NCBI RefSeq assembly: GCF_006345805.1 | Contig: NW_021834249.1 | Span: 1 to 64,000, forward strand | DNA length: 64,000 bases | DNA from: Octopus sinensis | Lineage: Eukaryota | Direction of reading: 5' to 3' | Part shown: positions 13,930-28,259 of the stretch, piece by piece | Position numbering within the stretch: position 1 is the first letter of the stretch | How the letters are laid out: every line of letters begins with the position of its first letter | The notes under the pieces: model-generated | The model's input: only the letters and a program-made list of their open reading frames with translations | What the model was told of the DNA's origin: nothing | The model's database searches: none | Translations under genes and position numbers: made by a program

Positions 13930-14105
13930 TTTGTATTGTCTAGTAGATGTATTGTATACAACCAATGGAATCCATGGGGAAGTGTTCTGGCATTTCTTGT
14001 AAAACCTTATTTATTTTCTAATAGACTCAGCTAAGTTGTCGCTAATTTTTTATATTTGTCAGAATTTTTCAATTTGTAAAGATATTTTATGGACACCCTG
14101 TCCCT
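13930..14105. mobile_element. Possible solitary Tc1/mariner terminus
   Basis: Ends GTAAAGATATTTTATGGACACCCTG...TA (reverse CAGGGTGTCCATAAAA, mariner-like TIR); partner end not found. Confidence 0.35.
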
Positions 14106-14374
14106 GTATAATTGACTGTGCATTCCCAAAACTGCTAACCATCTTCCATAGGTTTTTATGGCTTCTGTATGTCTGTAAGGGCGTTGATTTTTTGCTTTAA
14201 ATGTGTCTCTCTGTGGTGCAGAACTGGACAATGTATTTTTTAACATACATGTGGTTCCCCAAACATATTACAAAGAAGATAACCATTTTGTTATAAAATG
14301 AAGCATTATTATATATTTGAAATTAAAGAAAAGGGTGTACAGGATCCACATTTTTAATTTTGTTTACATAATAT

Positions 14375-14665
14375 CATCATCATTTAACGTCTGCTTTCCT
14401 TGCTAGCATGGGTTGGACGGTTCAACTGGGGTCTGGGAAGCCAGAAGGCTGCACCAGGCCCAGTCTGATCTGGCAATGTTTCTATGACTGGATGCCCTTC
14501 CGTGAGTGTAGTGGGTGCTTTTACATGCCACCGGCACAGGTGCCAGATGAGGCTGGCAAACGGCCATGATCGGATGGTGCTTTTTAAGTGCCACCGGCAC
14601 GGGAGCCAGGTGAGGCTGGCAATGGCCACAATTGGATGGTGCTTTTTACGTGCCACCAGCACGAG
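14375..14665 (-). mobile_element. Family B element
   Basis: Same consensus. Confidence 0.8.
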
Positions 14666-15228
14666 TATATGTAGTTCATAACATTTTTTGTTGTTAATAA
14701 TCCTGTATAGCACCATTTCATTCTTTTTAGAGATCATCTGCATATCCTAAACTGTAACTTATTGATTAAACATTTGATGAATGTGTGGTGCAACAGAATA
14801 TCTGCTACAAAGTCCACAAGGATGAGGAGGGAGTAATTAATGCTTGGTGTTATTTTATTTATCAAAATTGGCATTAAAGGGGTTCGAAAGAAGGTGTTGT
14901 ACAGCATTTAGTTATCTTCCTATCCTGTATCAGTGCTTCCTGGCTTTGGTTTAAAATGGTTACACCAATCCCAGCAACTAGAAAATTTGGATTTGAGAAC
15001 AGAAAGATCCTGTATTGTTGTTATTGCTTTCGTCATTGGAAACATCGTCATCATCATCAACAGCATCATTAGCACCATCATCATTGTCATCATCATCATT
15101 ATTATTATCATAATCCTAAACATCATTCCCATCACCATCATCATCACCATCATTACATTGTGATCATCATTGTCACTATCGTGGATCTTATTGCCATCAT
15201 CATCATCACCATTATTTCGTCATCATAT

Positions 15229-15266
<38 letters not shown>

Positions 15267-15330
15267 CAACACGATGCCATCATCTTTATTACAGAAATCA
15301 CAATCTCCCATCCATACTCTGTAGAATTAC

Positions 15331-15368
15331 CTGACATGTCACAAGGTTGCATCAACTTCCAAGATTTT
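15331..15368 (-). CDS. Candidate 38-nt exon
   Basis: tttttttattgacag|AAAATC...ATGTCAG|gtaatt; only one frame open (KSWKLMQPCDMS). Confidence 0.3.
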
Positions 15369-15882
15369 CTGTCAATAAAAAAAAAATGTAATAACAAAAA
15401 CAAAAAAAAAATCAAATGGGAAAATTCCTCACAAATTTAATAGGATAAACTAGGTAGAATGAGTATATACTTAAAAGTATGTACGCATATAGATATATAT
15501 ACATATATATGTATATACATACATATAAATATATATATGTGTGTGTCTAGGTTGATAGACATATATAGGTAAATAGATACATGTATGTATATATATGTTT
15601 ATATACACACACATAAATATAAATAAATAAATATATATATATAAACAATATAAAATTATATCAACTTTTTAGAAAAGACAACAACAACAATTAAAGTAGT
15701 AAAAACAAAAAAAAGGAAGGAGCTCACTTATCAAAGAATAAATATCTATTAAGAAATATTGAATGGAAATCAAACTCCTATCAACGCCTGCATTGTAATA
15801 CAAATAACAAAAACAACACAACAAACACCAAGTGATAATAATAGACATTGCAGGCTGTGTTCTTGTTGTTGTCAATGTAGTC

Positions 15883-15942
<60 letters not shown>

Positions 15943-16013
15943 ACCATCATCGTCATCAGCAGCAGCAGCAGTAATGTCAATGTCTTTACCACACCAACAC
16001 CAACACCACTTCA

Positions 16014-17110
16014 GCCACCACTGCCACTACCACCACTGCCACTGCCACCACTGCCACTACCACCACTGCCACTGCCACCACTGCCACTACCACCACTGCC
16101 ACTACCACCACTGCCACTACCACCACTGCCACTACCACCACTGCCACTACCACCACTGCCACTACCACCACTGTGTCCATCACCACTGCCACTACCACCA
16201 CTGTGTCCATCACCACTGCCACTACCACCACTGTGTCCATCACCACTGCCACTACCACCACTGCGTCCATCACTACCACCACTGTGTCCATCACCACTGC
16301 CACTACCACCACTGCGTCCATCACTACCACCACTGTGTCCATCACCACTGCCACTACCACCACTGCCACTACCACCACTGTTGTCCATCACCACTCCACT
16401 AGCACCCCTGCACTACACCACTGCCATACCATCACTGCCACTACCACTACTGTGTCCATCACCACTGCCACTACCACCACTGCCACTACCACCACTGTGT
16501 CCATCACCACTGCCACTAGCACCCCTGCCACTACCACCACTGCCACTACCATCACTGCCACTACCACTACTGTGTCCATCACCACTGCCACTACCACCAC
16601 TGCCACTACCACCACTGCCACTACCACCACTGTGTCCATCACCACTGCCACTAGCACCCCTGCCACTACCACCACTGCCACTACCATCACTGCCACTACC
16701 ACCACTGCCACTACCACCACTGACACTACCACCACTGCCACTACCACCACTGTGTCCATCACCACTGCCACTAGCACCCCTGCCACTACCACCACTGCCA
16801 CTACCATCACTGCCACTACCACCACTGCCACTACCACCACTGCCACTACCACCACTGCCACTACCACCACTGTGTCCATCACCACTGCCACTAGCACCCC
16901 TGCCACTACCACCACTGCCACTACCATCACTGCCACTACCACCACTGCCACTACCACCACTGACACACCACCACTGCCACTACCCCACGTGTCCATCCCA
17001 CTGCCACTAGCACCCCTGCCACTACCACCACTGCCACTAGACCATCACTCGCCACTACCACCACTGCCACTACACCACTGACACTACCACCACTGCCACT
17101 ACCACCACTG
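16014..17110. repeat. GC-rich minisatellite (15-bp CCACCACTGCCACTA base unit, 120-bp higher-order repeat)
   Basis: Lines starting 16621, 16741 and 16861 are identical (period 120); variants TGTGTCCATCA and CTAGCACCCCTG. Confidence 0.9.
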
Positions 17111-17642
17111 TGCCCATCACCACTGCTACTGTCACAGCCACTGCCACCTCTACCATCATCATCATCATCATCGTCATTGTCAACGTCATCACCACCACTA
17201 CCACTACTATCACTATCATTGTCATCTTCATCCTCATCACTGTTGTCCATCATCATTGCCATCAACATCATTCTCAATGCCAGCATCACCAATATCATCA
17301 GCATCACCACCAACAACAGTAACAACAACACTGACAGCATCACCATCATCATCATCATCATCATCACCCTCAGCATCTACAGTTTCACCGAGAGATATCA
17401 ATTCCTTATATTTCAAGGTGTTAGGTTAAAACGAGAACGGTTCATGTCTCAACGTTTTATACACATTAACATGACAGGTGGATCAACAGAAGCCCCTCAC
17501 GTATATGTACGTATATATATGTATAGACATGTGTGTACACAAACATATATAAATATATATTTATATCTATATGGATTTATGTACTTCTGTAGATATGTGT
17601 GTATATATATATCTGTATATATATATATGTATATATATATAG

Positions 17643-17685
<43 letters not shown>

Positions 17686-17892
17686 ATTGTATTCTTAAGT
17701 ATCATGAGATTTATTTTCAATAAATTTTAACATGATGAAATTGAGTCAATAATATAACCTGGAACACTATCAGTAAAAGTGAATTTTTAAGTATATATGT
17801 GAGTCTGTATTTCAAATACACACGTATATATATACATGTGTATATAAATTATATACATATATATACATACATATATGCATATATATATATAT

Positions 17893-17926
<34 letters not shown>

Positions 17927-17927
17927 A

Positions 17928-17978
<51 letters not shown>

Positions 17979-18046
17979 CGTGTGTGTGTGAGTGCGTGTG
18001 TGTGTGTGTGTGTGTGTATGTGTGTGTGTGTGTGTGTATATATATA

Positions 18047-18078
<32 letters not shown>

Positions 18079-18079
<1 letters not shown>

Positions 18080-18395
18080 TTTACAAGTCAGAAAACAGCA
18101 CAGCTCCCATGACTTTAGGAAACATTTTTTCACGCTGAGAGTTGCTGAAGCATGGAACAAACTGCCGGCATCAGTTGTTAGTTGTCGGAGCACTGCATCC
18201 TTCAAAACTTCCATGCTTCCTGAGATTCGCCAACACTACACCTGATTTTCTCCCCTCCATACACACACAAGCATGTATCTGACTCATGCATTGTTCGCTT
18301 TCCAGACATTTGTACATTACTGCATGTGCTTTATATGCATTGTCTGACAAGTTGTGGTGCACCTGAGCACTGTATACAATAATTTCATTGTTATT
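18079..18395 (+). mobile_element. CR1-clade LINE 3' end
   Basis: VRKQHSSHDFRKHFFTLRVAEAWNKLPASVVSCRSTASFK...stop followed by 3' UTR. Confidence 0.85.
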
Positions 18396-18534
18396 TATAT
18401 ATATATATTAAATAAATATATATATATTATATGTATATATATGTATATATATATATGTTATATTTATATATATATATATATATATATATAGTCATATCTA
18501 TATATAATATATTATATATATATATATATAATAT

Positions 18535-18615
<81 letters not shown>

Positions 18616-18643
18616 TCTATATATATATATATATATATATATA

Positions 18644-18840
18644 TCAGTCACCATGATAGATCGTTAGCCACTACACACATTTTTTCTCCCCTTGTTTTTT
18701 TTCTGTGTCCCTTTCTGTAGAAGAGCGTAAGCTCGAAACATAAAAGACTTTTTCTTTTCCTGAGCGTTATACTAATACATCTGTTTGTTTTGTACACCAC
18801 CTGTCTTCGTCTTTTGTTTTTTTCATAAACTCTCCCTATA
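18644..18840 (+). mobile_element. Penelope-like/retrozyme-like relic with hammerhead motif at 18711-18746
   Basis: CUUU / CUGUAGAA / GAGC-GUAA-GCUC / GAAAC-AUA / AAAG; homolog of 11378-11568. Confidence 0.6.
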
Positions 18841-18854
18841 TATATATATATACA

Positions 18855-19218
18855 AGTGGCTGTGTAGTAAGAAGCTTGCTTTCCAACTGCTTGATTCCAG
18901 GTTCAGTCCCACTGTGTGGCACCTTGTGCAAGTGTCTTCTAATATAGCCTGGGGTTGACCAAAGCCTTGTGAGTGGATTTGGCAGACGGAAACTGAAAGA
19001 AGCCCATCATGTATATATGCGTGTGTGCCTGTGTTTGTTCCCCCACCATCTCTTGACAACTGATGTAGGTGTTTATGTCCCCGTAACTTAGCAGTTCAGC
19101 AAAAGGGACCATCAGAATAAGTACTATGCTTACAAAGAATAAGTCCTGGGGTTGAATTGTTCAACTAAAAGTGGTGCTCCAGTATGGCCACAGTCAAATG
19201 ACTGAGAAAAATAAAAGA
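18855..19218 (+). mobile_element. Family C SINE (diverged)
   Basis: Head, internal microsatellite and tail GGTGCTCCAGTATGGCCACAGTCAAATGACTGA. Confidence 0.85.
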
Positions 19219-19224
19219 ATGTAG

Positions 19225-19485
19225 GGTACATGGCTTAGTGGTTAGAGTGTTGCACTCATGATTGCAAGATAACGATTTCAATTCTTAGACTGGGTGGTAC
19301 GCTGTGTTCTTGAGCAAAACCCTTAATCTCACATTGCTCTGCAATCACTTGGACACCTGACATGTAGTACACAGTGCACCTGTTCCGAGACTGAGTTAAT
19401 GTGTGGTACGAACATTTGATCACTATAAACAAATCATATGTGCAGGCCATTTGGCAAAAGCTGAACATTCGTACATTGTCTTCAA
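19225..19485 (+). mobile_element. tRNA-headed SINE (family E-type head)
   Basis: Homolog of 12420-12655. Confidence 0.7.
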
Positions 19486-19544
19486 TGGGAGAGTCCATCA
19501 CATATATATAAGACAAAGAAATACTTTAACACAGGAATGGGCAT

Positions 19545-19865
19545 CTTTTCCTCAACTGTACTTGTGACGACATTCACCCTGGGTAGGTTGAGTCGGCTTC
19601 TTCTACCACCCTCGAGGCATCTCGAACCATGGCAGCCCACGCATGACGGTCCTGTGCCAGTTCACTGCAGATAGCAAGCCAGTCACGGTTCCATTGGTGC
19701 AGGCCGACCACCTGCAGTCCTGTGAGCACGGAGAGGTCCTCCTTGATCGTTGTAACCCAGGTCTTCAGCTGCCCGTCCACATGTTTCCGCCAGTTGAGTA
19801 GTGGAGTTGGGAGAAGGACATCACGGCTCAGTTCACTCACCGGACGCCTACATGCATCGTACCAT
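19545..19865 (-). mobile_element. RTE-clade LINE 3' end
   Basis: NWRKHVDGQLKTWVTTIKEDL...ELAQDRHAWAAMVRDA...STYPG*, a typical RTE C-terminus. Confidence 0.85.
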
Positions 19866-20401
19866 TTCCAAATGGGAGAGGGCTGCATGATAAAACACGT
19901 ATGCATGAAATTTTATTTGTCTCAGTATGAAATTAGTAGCCTAGTAACTCGTTGAGGGCTGCAGGCCGCAGATTGCCCATGGATGCTTTAACACATTGGG
20001 AGTTTTCCAGACACACATTGTAAGAGTGCACCTCCAAGATGCACACTGTAAGTGTGCACCTTTGATACTAGTCTGATGAACTTTTAATGTATTAATTGAT
20101 TTATATTTTACATATAATTATACCCTAAGTATTTAGACTCTGTCCTTTTATAAGCTTTTTTGATTTAGGTTTATCTTCAATTTTATATAATGATTTTATA
20201 CTGAATTTTGTTCATTGCATGCTTAAGACCGTTAGTTGAAAGGACCAATATGAAACAATACCATTTTTAAATGTGTATCCATTATACTAATTGTATGTTT
20301 GCTTATAACCTTATATCTGTTCCATTTTAAACAAAACTGTCCAACGAACGGGAACGTTAAACTCTGAGTTTTTGTGATATTTCTGCTGCTTTTCAATAAA
20401 G

Positions 20402-20430
<29 letters not shown>

Positions 20431-20434
<4 letters not shown>

Positions 20435-20663
20435 TTCTTTACTACCCACAAGGGGCTAAACACAGAGGGGACAAACAAGGACAGACAAAGGGATTAAGTC
20501 GATTACATTGACCCCCAGTGCGTAACTGGTACTTAATTTATCGACCCCGAAAGGATGAAAGGCAAAGTTGACCTCGGCGGAATTTGAACTCGGAACGTAA
20601 CGACAGACAGAATACGGCTATGCATTTCGTCCGGCGTGCTAACGGTTCTGCCAGCTCGCCGCC
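20431..20663 (-). mobile_element. SINE family A copy
   Basis: Full consensus. Confidence 0.9.
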
Positions 20664-21792
20664 TTTCTATATATATATTATATATATATATTATATATAT
20701 AATATATATGTATATATTATGTAGTAATGCTTCAACAAGTAAAAATGCACTCGATCAGCCAAGAGAGTTAAGATAATCTTTAATTCAAGGTTTGTGGTTT
20801 TTAATTTAAGATTATATATACATATGTATTGTATGCATGTATGTGTGTGTATGTGTGTGTCTGTGTGTGTGTGTGGTGTGTGCATACACAATGTATTGAC
20901 AAACAAATATATATGTCAATGTGTGTAGGAAGAACAGGGAGAGGAAGGGGGCAGACAAATAAAGAGAACTAGAGAAAGAGAGTCAAAAAGAGTCTGTGGT
21001 ACGTATACACATGCACACACACACATATATGTTGTTTACACAGATGCAGATGTGTGAGTGTGTATATGTGTGGGTATATATATATATGTACGTCTGTGTA
21101 TGACTGTGCAACCACTGGAGACATGAGTTAATTACTGTTTCTGTGATTGAGTTCAAAATTACCCACAATTCCACTGGGACCAAAATCCTTGCAAACATTA
21201 TTGTCATTGTTGAAGATTGGCGGCAGAGAGTGAGTGATGATAATGGTATTGTTGGGATTACAAATGGTTCTATTAGACGTTTGTGTTTCACCTTGGCACC
21301 AACATCCCCCGCCGCTACCTCAACCACCAGTGCTACGATGACCACCACCACCACCAGTGCTACGATGACTACCAACACCAGTGCTATGATGACCACTACC
21401 ACCACCACTACAACCACTACCATCATCATCACTCCTGATGCAACTACTGCCACCACCACCACCACCTAAACCACTACCAATATTGCACCAGCCATTACCA
21501 CCACATCTGACACTACTACCATCGCAACAAACAAACATAACAATACTGCCATCAACACTAGCACCACAGCAACAACAACAACAACAACATACTACATCAG
21601 CCACCATCACCTCTTCCATCAACCTCCCCTACTGCCACATCACTACCTCTTCACCTTCACTACCACCACCACCACCACCACCACCATCGTCACTACTACC
21701 CCGTCATCTATATGTGATTATCTGTGTGTGTGTGTGTGTGGTGCGTGCATGCAATTATGTGAATTTATATATATATATATAATATATAATAT

Positions 21793-21847
<55 letters not shown>

Positions 21848-21858
21848 TATTATATATA

Positions 21859-21902
<44 letters not shown>

Positions 21903-23251
21903 GTATATGTGTGTGTGTGTGTGTGTGTATAGGGAATGAGAGTGTATATATTGCTGTATACAAGTATAAGGATAAAGTACTCAATACATGGTGTAGAACG
22001 ATACTTCTGATGAGTAAAATGTGATTAAATTTTTTGGCTGAGTGGTTAAGAAGCTCACTTTGCAACCGCTTGGTTTTGAGTTCAATCACACTGCATGTCA
22101 CCTTCAGAAAGTATCTTCTACAACAGCCTTGGCTTGACCAATGCTTTGTGAGTAAAACTGGTGAGTGAAGACTGTGCGGAAGCCTGTCATAGATATCATC
22201 ATCATCATCATCATCATCCTTGTCATCTATTCCCCGTGACAGTTAGGTTTGGATGGTTTGACTGGATCCTGTGTGCTGCAGGGCTGCATTGTGCTGCAAG
22301 TCAGCCCTTGGTAGGGTTTCTATGGCTGGGTGACCAAGCAAATGCCAACCACTTGACCGTCTGTACTTTGTTTTCTTTTTTTTCTTTGTGCCATTGGCAT
22401 TAGGGAGTTTGCCACGCAAGTTTTAGGATAGGAAAGAACAAGAAAAGGGTCAAATGTGGTAAAATGAAGGGTGTGTGTATGTGTGTGTGTGTGTGCACGC
22501 ATATGTTTATGTCATTGAGTTTGTGTATGTCTCCCTCAGTACTTGACAGCTAGTGTTGGTTTGTTTACATCCTTGTAATTTAATGGTCTGACGTATGAGA
22601 CTTAAAATTAAAAATTACGGGGAGGGGTGGGGTCAATCATTATCATCACCATTATTATCATCATCATCATCATCATCATCATCATTTAACATCCACTTTC
22701 TAAGTTTGCATGGGCCGGATGGAATTCGTTGAAGCAGATTTTATATAGATGGATGCTCTTCGTGTTGCCAACCTTTCAACCGTTTCCAAGTAAGGTAAAA
22801 TTTCTACATGCCCAGATGTGGATGACTGCAAATGATGCTCAGTTACAATCACCAACTGAATTCAAGAGAAGGGTATACACACACACACACACACACATGT
22901 AACAGACATCCAAGCAGTGGGATGGAACTTCTGCTATCCATCAGTCTATCTATCTATCTACCTCCCTATCTATCAATCTATCTATCTATCTATATATATA
23001 TATATCTATCTATCAGTCTATCTATCTATCTATCAGTCTATATATCTATCTATCTATCAGTCTATCTATCTATCTATCTTTCTATATTTCTGTCTGTCTG
23101 TTTGTCTGTCTGTCTATATATATATGTATATGCTGAGTTTCATAGAGGAAAAAGTGGAAGACTGAGATGTTGAGCTTGAGAAGACCCCTCCATCTCAGTA
23201 GAATTGAGGTTCTGTGAAGCCTTCCCCATTAACTCATCTTTTGACGCCCAC

Positions 23252-23385
23252 TCTTCAATCAGTCTTCTATATTTTACCTTATTACTTTCACTTTCCCCTA
23301 CACTCAACTGATATCCTTTCTTCAATCAGTCTTCTCTATGTTACCTTATTACTTTCACTTTCCCCTACACTGAACTGATACCCTT
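23252..23385. repeat. 67-bp tandem duplication
   Basis: TCTTCAATCAGTCTTCT...CCTTATTACTTTCACTTTCCCCTACACT at 23252 and 23319. Confidence 0.85.
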
Positions 23386-24505
23386 TACATCCAACTCCTT
23401 TCCTGTCTCTAATCATATCTCACACTATTTTCACTCATGGCATTTACTTACACATCCACTTTTTCTGCTCTTCTATCCTGTTCTCTCTCGTGTTCACATT
23501 GTATGAGGATCTCACTTCTCTTCCTTTCTCTCTCTTTCTCTCCCCCACTTTCCAGGTGGACAAGCCATATACTCACCCCTTCAGCAAGACACTTGCTTCT
23601 CTCCCTCCATCACAGATTCTTATTCCTCCTGTCTAAATCCAGCTCAGCTGAGCAGGGTTTTATCCTGAGGGCACTTAGCAACCTCATCGGTGTTGATGTG
23701 ATATAAAAAGCTCCCAGTCCACTTTGGAAAGTGGTTGGCATTAAGAAGGGCATCCAGCTGGAGAAACCATGCGAAAACAAACATAGAACCTGGGGGGAGC
23801 TCCTTGGCTTGTCAGTTCATTTCAAACTGTTCACCCCATGCCTGCATGGAAAAAAGTATGTTAGATGATGATGATGACGATGATGACGATGATGACGATG
23901 ATGACGATGATGACGATGATGACAATGATGACAATGATGATGATGATGACGATGATGATGATGATATGATGATGATGATGATGATGTTGATGTTGATGAT
24001 GATGATGATGATAATGATGATGATGACGATGATGACGATGATGACGATGATGACGATGATGACGACGACGATGGTGATGATGATGATGACGACGACGACG
24101 ACCATGACCATAACCATGACCATGATGATGATATATATATGTAGAAATATTGTACTGTGCATATACATACATACATACATGCATGCATATCGATATCTAC
24201 ACACATGCATACATACATGTAAATTTATATTCGTATATATGTAAGTGTGCACGCACACACACACACACACACACACGTCTACATATATGCATGTATAGCT
24301 ATATTGTTTACAGTTTAGCTATTCACAAAACTAATACATATTATTATAGAATGTAAGCTATTTATTGTAAACCTCTAAGATATATATACGGCTGTTTCAA
24401 GTTAGCGGATTAAGTTAATACAAAACTTTAAACAATAAACAAGATTAAAGAGATAACACCAACCCATCACCACACACCATTCGAAGAATTATAGATATAA
24501 TTCAT

Positions 24506-24547
<42 letters not shown>

Positions 24548-24590
24548 ATATACACATATATATATATATATTATATATATATATATATAT

Positions 24591-24662
<72 letters not shown>

Positions 24663-25344
24663 ACACATATATACATATACATATACATATATATTACAAT
24701 CTATGTAATATTATGTTATTATTGCCAAGCAATATTTAATATGATATATATAACATTTATTGAAACATAATTATGTATATCACACACACACGCATACACA
24801 CACACGCACACACACACACTCGTATTACGTATTAATGATAAGCTATAATAAACTAGATATCCCTTATTATATACTACTTATAATGTGTATGTGTATGTGG
24901 TTGTGTGTGTGTGTGTGTGGTTGTGTGTGTTAAATAACATTGTAGATCTATGTTACACAGCAGAGATCCACATTATTCATTCGGTATACAAGAAATTAAG
25001 TATACATGATAATATAGAATGCTTATGAGGATGATGATGTTGACTGTGATGTCAATGTTGATGATTGTGGTGATAATGATGGTGATTGCTTGTGATTAAG
25101 GCCTTGATGACAATAACAGTATGTTTGTGGTTATTATTTCTGACTGAATCAGTAGAGCTTTAGAGAAAATGCCTCTGCAATATCTTTTCTGATTCTCTAC
25201 GCTCCGAATTCAATTCCTGCCAAAGTTAACTTTGGGCATTTTACAGCTTTGAAGCTGGAGAAATAAAGTACCACTCTCATGTTTATTATTAGCGACTAAT
25301 CAATGAACACAAATACTATTTAGACTAATGCTTAAGTATGTTCA

Positions 25345-25680
25345 ACTGATCCTTGGGAACAACAAACCAAGGTGCATCTGCCAACCATCAAAGATACTAC
25401 CTCTATACAGAGCCTCTTACACCCCACTTAAAACTGTACTGGTCTCTTTGTTGTTTGTGAACCTTGTGACATGTCTGACCCAGCAGACATTGCTCTTTTG
25501 GTATCCTGCTATCATATCATTCGCTCCACATGTTGTTCTTGAATTACCTTGAGATGTCTGCAAATCATAGTAGACCATTTCCTTGCATGCCAATGTCTTC
25601 AGTGGCGTCATCATAACACAGAGGGTCATGGAAAGGGCCATTGCTGAAAGAACCATTGCAGGAACATATCAAAATCGAGG
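25345..25680 (-). mobile_element. Decayed RTE-clade LINE 3' fragment
   Basis: NDMIAGYQKSNVCWVRHVTRFTNNK resembles the RTE motif KxRWAGHVARxTDNRW. Confidence 0.65.
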
Positions 25681-26286
25681 GGGCAAAAGTGATTAAAAGA
25701 TATAAAATGAATATAGTGATTGATATAATTCTCCACATAATTAAATTGTATCACTAATTAGATATGATACAGAAAGCTCTGATATCTGGGAAAAAATTCA
25801 TTATTTAGAATAACAGCAGTTCCAAAAAAACAGGTTTAAAAAAGCAATAAATATGCAATGGAATTCCAGAAATCCATTAAAATTAATTTAAACAAATCTA
25901 AATAATATTTAAATTTATTAGCAGAAAATTAGGTCTACTATCTTCATCATGTTGCCAATTAGGTTTCTAGGAGATTGAATAAATATGTCTTTCTTAAAGA
26001 GGTACATATTCGGAAGAATGTATTCCTAGATAAATGATGCCTAATTAAAATTATAAAAACAAAACAAAATAAAATTGGACTTTACACTTAAGGTGAAGAA
26101 CTGAAAATAATTTTTAGTTAACTAAAATTAAAATCTTAATGAGAGAAAATATATTGTTAACATTAAGGAAATTGTGTTTTCAAAGGGTTGCAAATGAGAG
26201 AAACCAGTTTCTTTCATTTTGATGCATGTTTGTCCATTGGAGTGATGATGATCATTTAATCATCTTTAAGATTGCTGATATATATA

Positions 26287-26611
26287 GGAGCACTCCGTCG
26301 GTTACGACGATGAGGGTCCCAGCTGATACGATCAACGGAACAGCTTGCTCGTGGAATTAACGTGCAAGTGACTGAGCAATCCACAGACACGAGTACCCTT
26401 AACGTAGTTCTCAGGGAGATTCAGCATGACACAGAGTGTGACAAGGCCGGCTCTTTGAAATACAGTTACAACTCATTTTTGCCAGCTGAGTGAACTGGGG
26501 CAACGTGAAATAAAGTATCTTGCTCAAGGACACAACGCATCACCGGGAATCGAACTCATGACCTTACAATCATCAGCCGAATGCCCTAACCACTAAGCCA
26601 CACGCCTTCAC
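26287..26611 (-). mobile_element. Family E SINE, full length
   Basis: tRNA-like head GTGAAGGCGTGTGGCTTAGTGGTTAGG; 11-bp TSD AGATTGCTGAT at 26269-26279 and 26612-26622. Confidence 0.9.
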
Positions 26612-27314
26612 AGATTGCTGATGACTTGTGTGGTAATTTAGTTTAAAATGAGGAAGAATTACACCTCATCAACCTCATTCTCTCATCTTCAATCCAGTGG
26701 CAAGAGAAGATCAAGATGACTAAGGATGGAGTTGGATGCAGTGAATGACCCCTCTCCACTCCACAACCCATTGCTGCAACCACCTTCCCATCTGTTGAAC
26801 CATGAAGATTTTTTCTGCAGACTCTGCTGGAGCCAGGATTCACATGTATGCATGAGCGAGCGCTAACTCACCAATAGTTACATTACCTGTTGACTGCCTT
26901 CACCTGGTGTAACCCATCACTCGATGTAGTTCACTGGGTGTAGCTGCTGCTGCATGCAAACAACTACTTGGGGGCCACAGGTGAGAGTTGGGTTCCAGGT
27001 GGGGACCAAAGCAGATGATCCACCCCTAAGAGTACATGCTCCCCACATCAAAGGTGCTACCCCTCTCTGACACTCCATTCACCTCGTCATGAAGATATAC
27101 AAGAAATGGAGGTCATTAGGCCTAATCTTTGGTAGCCATGGGGATATTGTTGGACATGTTCCAATCTTATTCAACCTCTTTAGTAGGGTATAGTCAACGC
27201 TTCCTATTTTCAACTCTCATCTGTTTTCAAGCAAGGTAATATGTTCCCCTAATGTTTCAAACACGACCAGCATGACAGCCAGACATGTTTTCATGGAAGA
27301 TTGAAAATGAACAA

Positions 27315-27532
27315 CACGCCGGGTGAAATGTCGGGTGAAATGCTTAGCGGTATTTCACCTGCCATTACGTTGTGAGTTCAAATTCTGCCGAGGTTGACTT
27401 TGCCTTTTATCCTTTCGGGGTCGATAAATTAAGTACCAGTTACGCACTGGGGTCGATGTAATCGACTTAATACCTATGTCTGTCCTGGTTTGTCCCCTCT
27501 ATGTTTAGCCTCTTGTGGGTAATAAAGAAATA
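27315..27532 (+). mobile_element. SINE family A copy (5' truncated)
   Basis: Consensus match. Confidence 0.88.
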
Positions 27533-28259
27533 GGTGTTGATGGTGGTGGTGGTGAAGGTGGAGGTGGTGTTGATAATGTTGTTGCAATTATTGCCACAGG
27601 TCAGCTTTAAGCTGAGAAATTCATAGACAAAGGCATTCAGCCATAACCTTCCAGTTTTATTTCAGGTAGAATATGTAAAGGAATAGATTATGCAATTTGT
27701 GATCTGTTTTCAAGGCAGTAACATGTGATATCAGGTAATTTGGCTGCTATTTCTAGCTGATCAAGAAGAATGTTTACAGAGCGGCTGTTTAGATGTGTCT
27801 GGGGTGGCCTGAAGTAGAGATGAGTGAGGGCAGGAGTAGTAGTTTTGGTGCAGGTGTTTTAACAGTATTTAAGCCACCACCACCAACAACACCAATACCA
27901 TTGCTGCTAGCAATCATCATCACTATTACTACTATCACCATATCTAACCACAACTATCACCACTACTACCACCAATACTGTCACCACTAGCATGAGTGTG
28001 ATCACAACCACCACCAACAACAACAACTGTACTACAATCATCCCATCACTAACAATACCTCCTTCACCACCACCACCACCACCACCACCACTACCACCAT
28101 CGCTATCACACTAAATCAAACGACTTTTGCTATTGCCACTACCCTCACAAGATCACCATTGTTATAACCACCACCTACTGCAACAACATCAACAAGACTA
28201 CTAAAACTACCACCACGACCACCATCTCTCACCTCCACCACTATCTCACTCCTGCCACC

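Noticed and set aside
13800-14330. Hydrophobic, GPCR-looking plus-strand translation
   Set aside because: Multiple in-frame stops; overlaps a mariner-like terminus
15832-17081. Extensin-like or mucin-like long ORFs as real genes
   Set aside because: Stop-free frames on both strands are expected for a C/A-rich minisatellite; kept only as a low-interest finding
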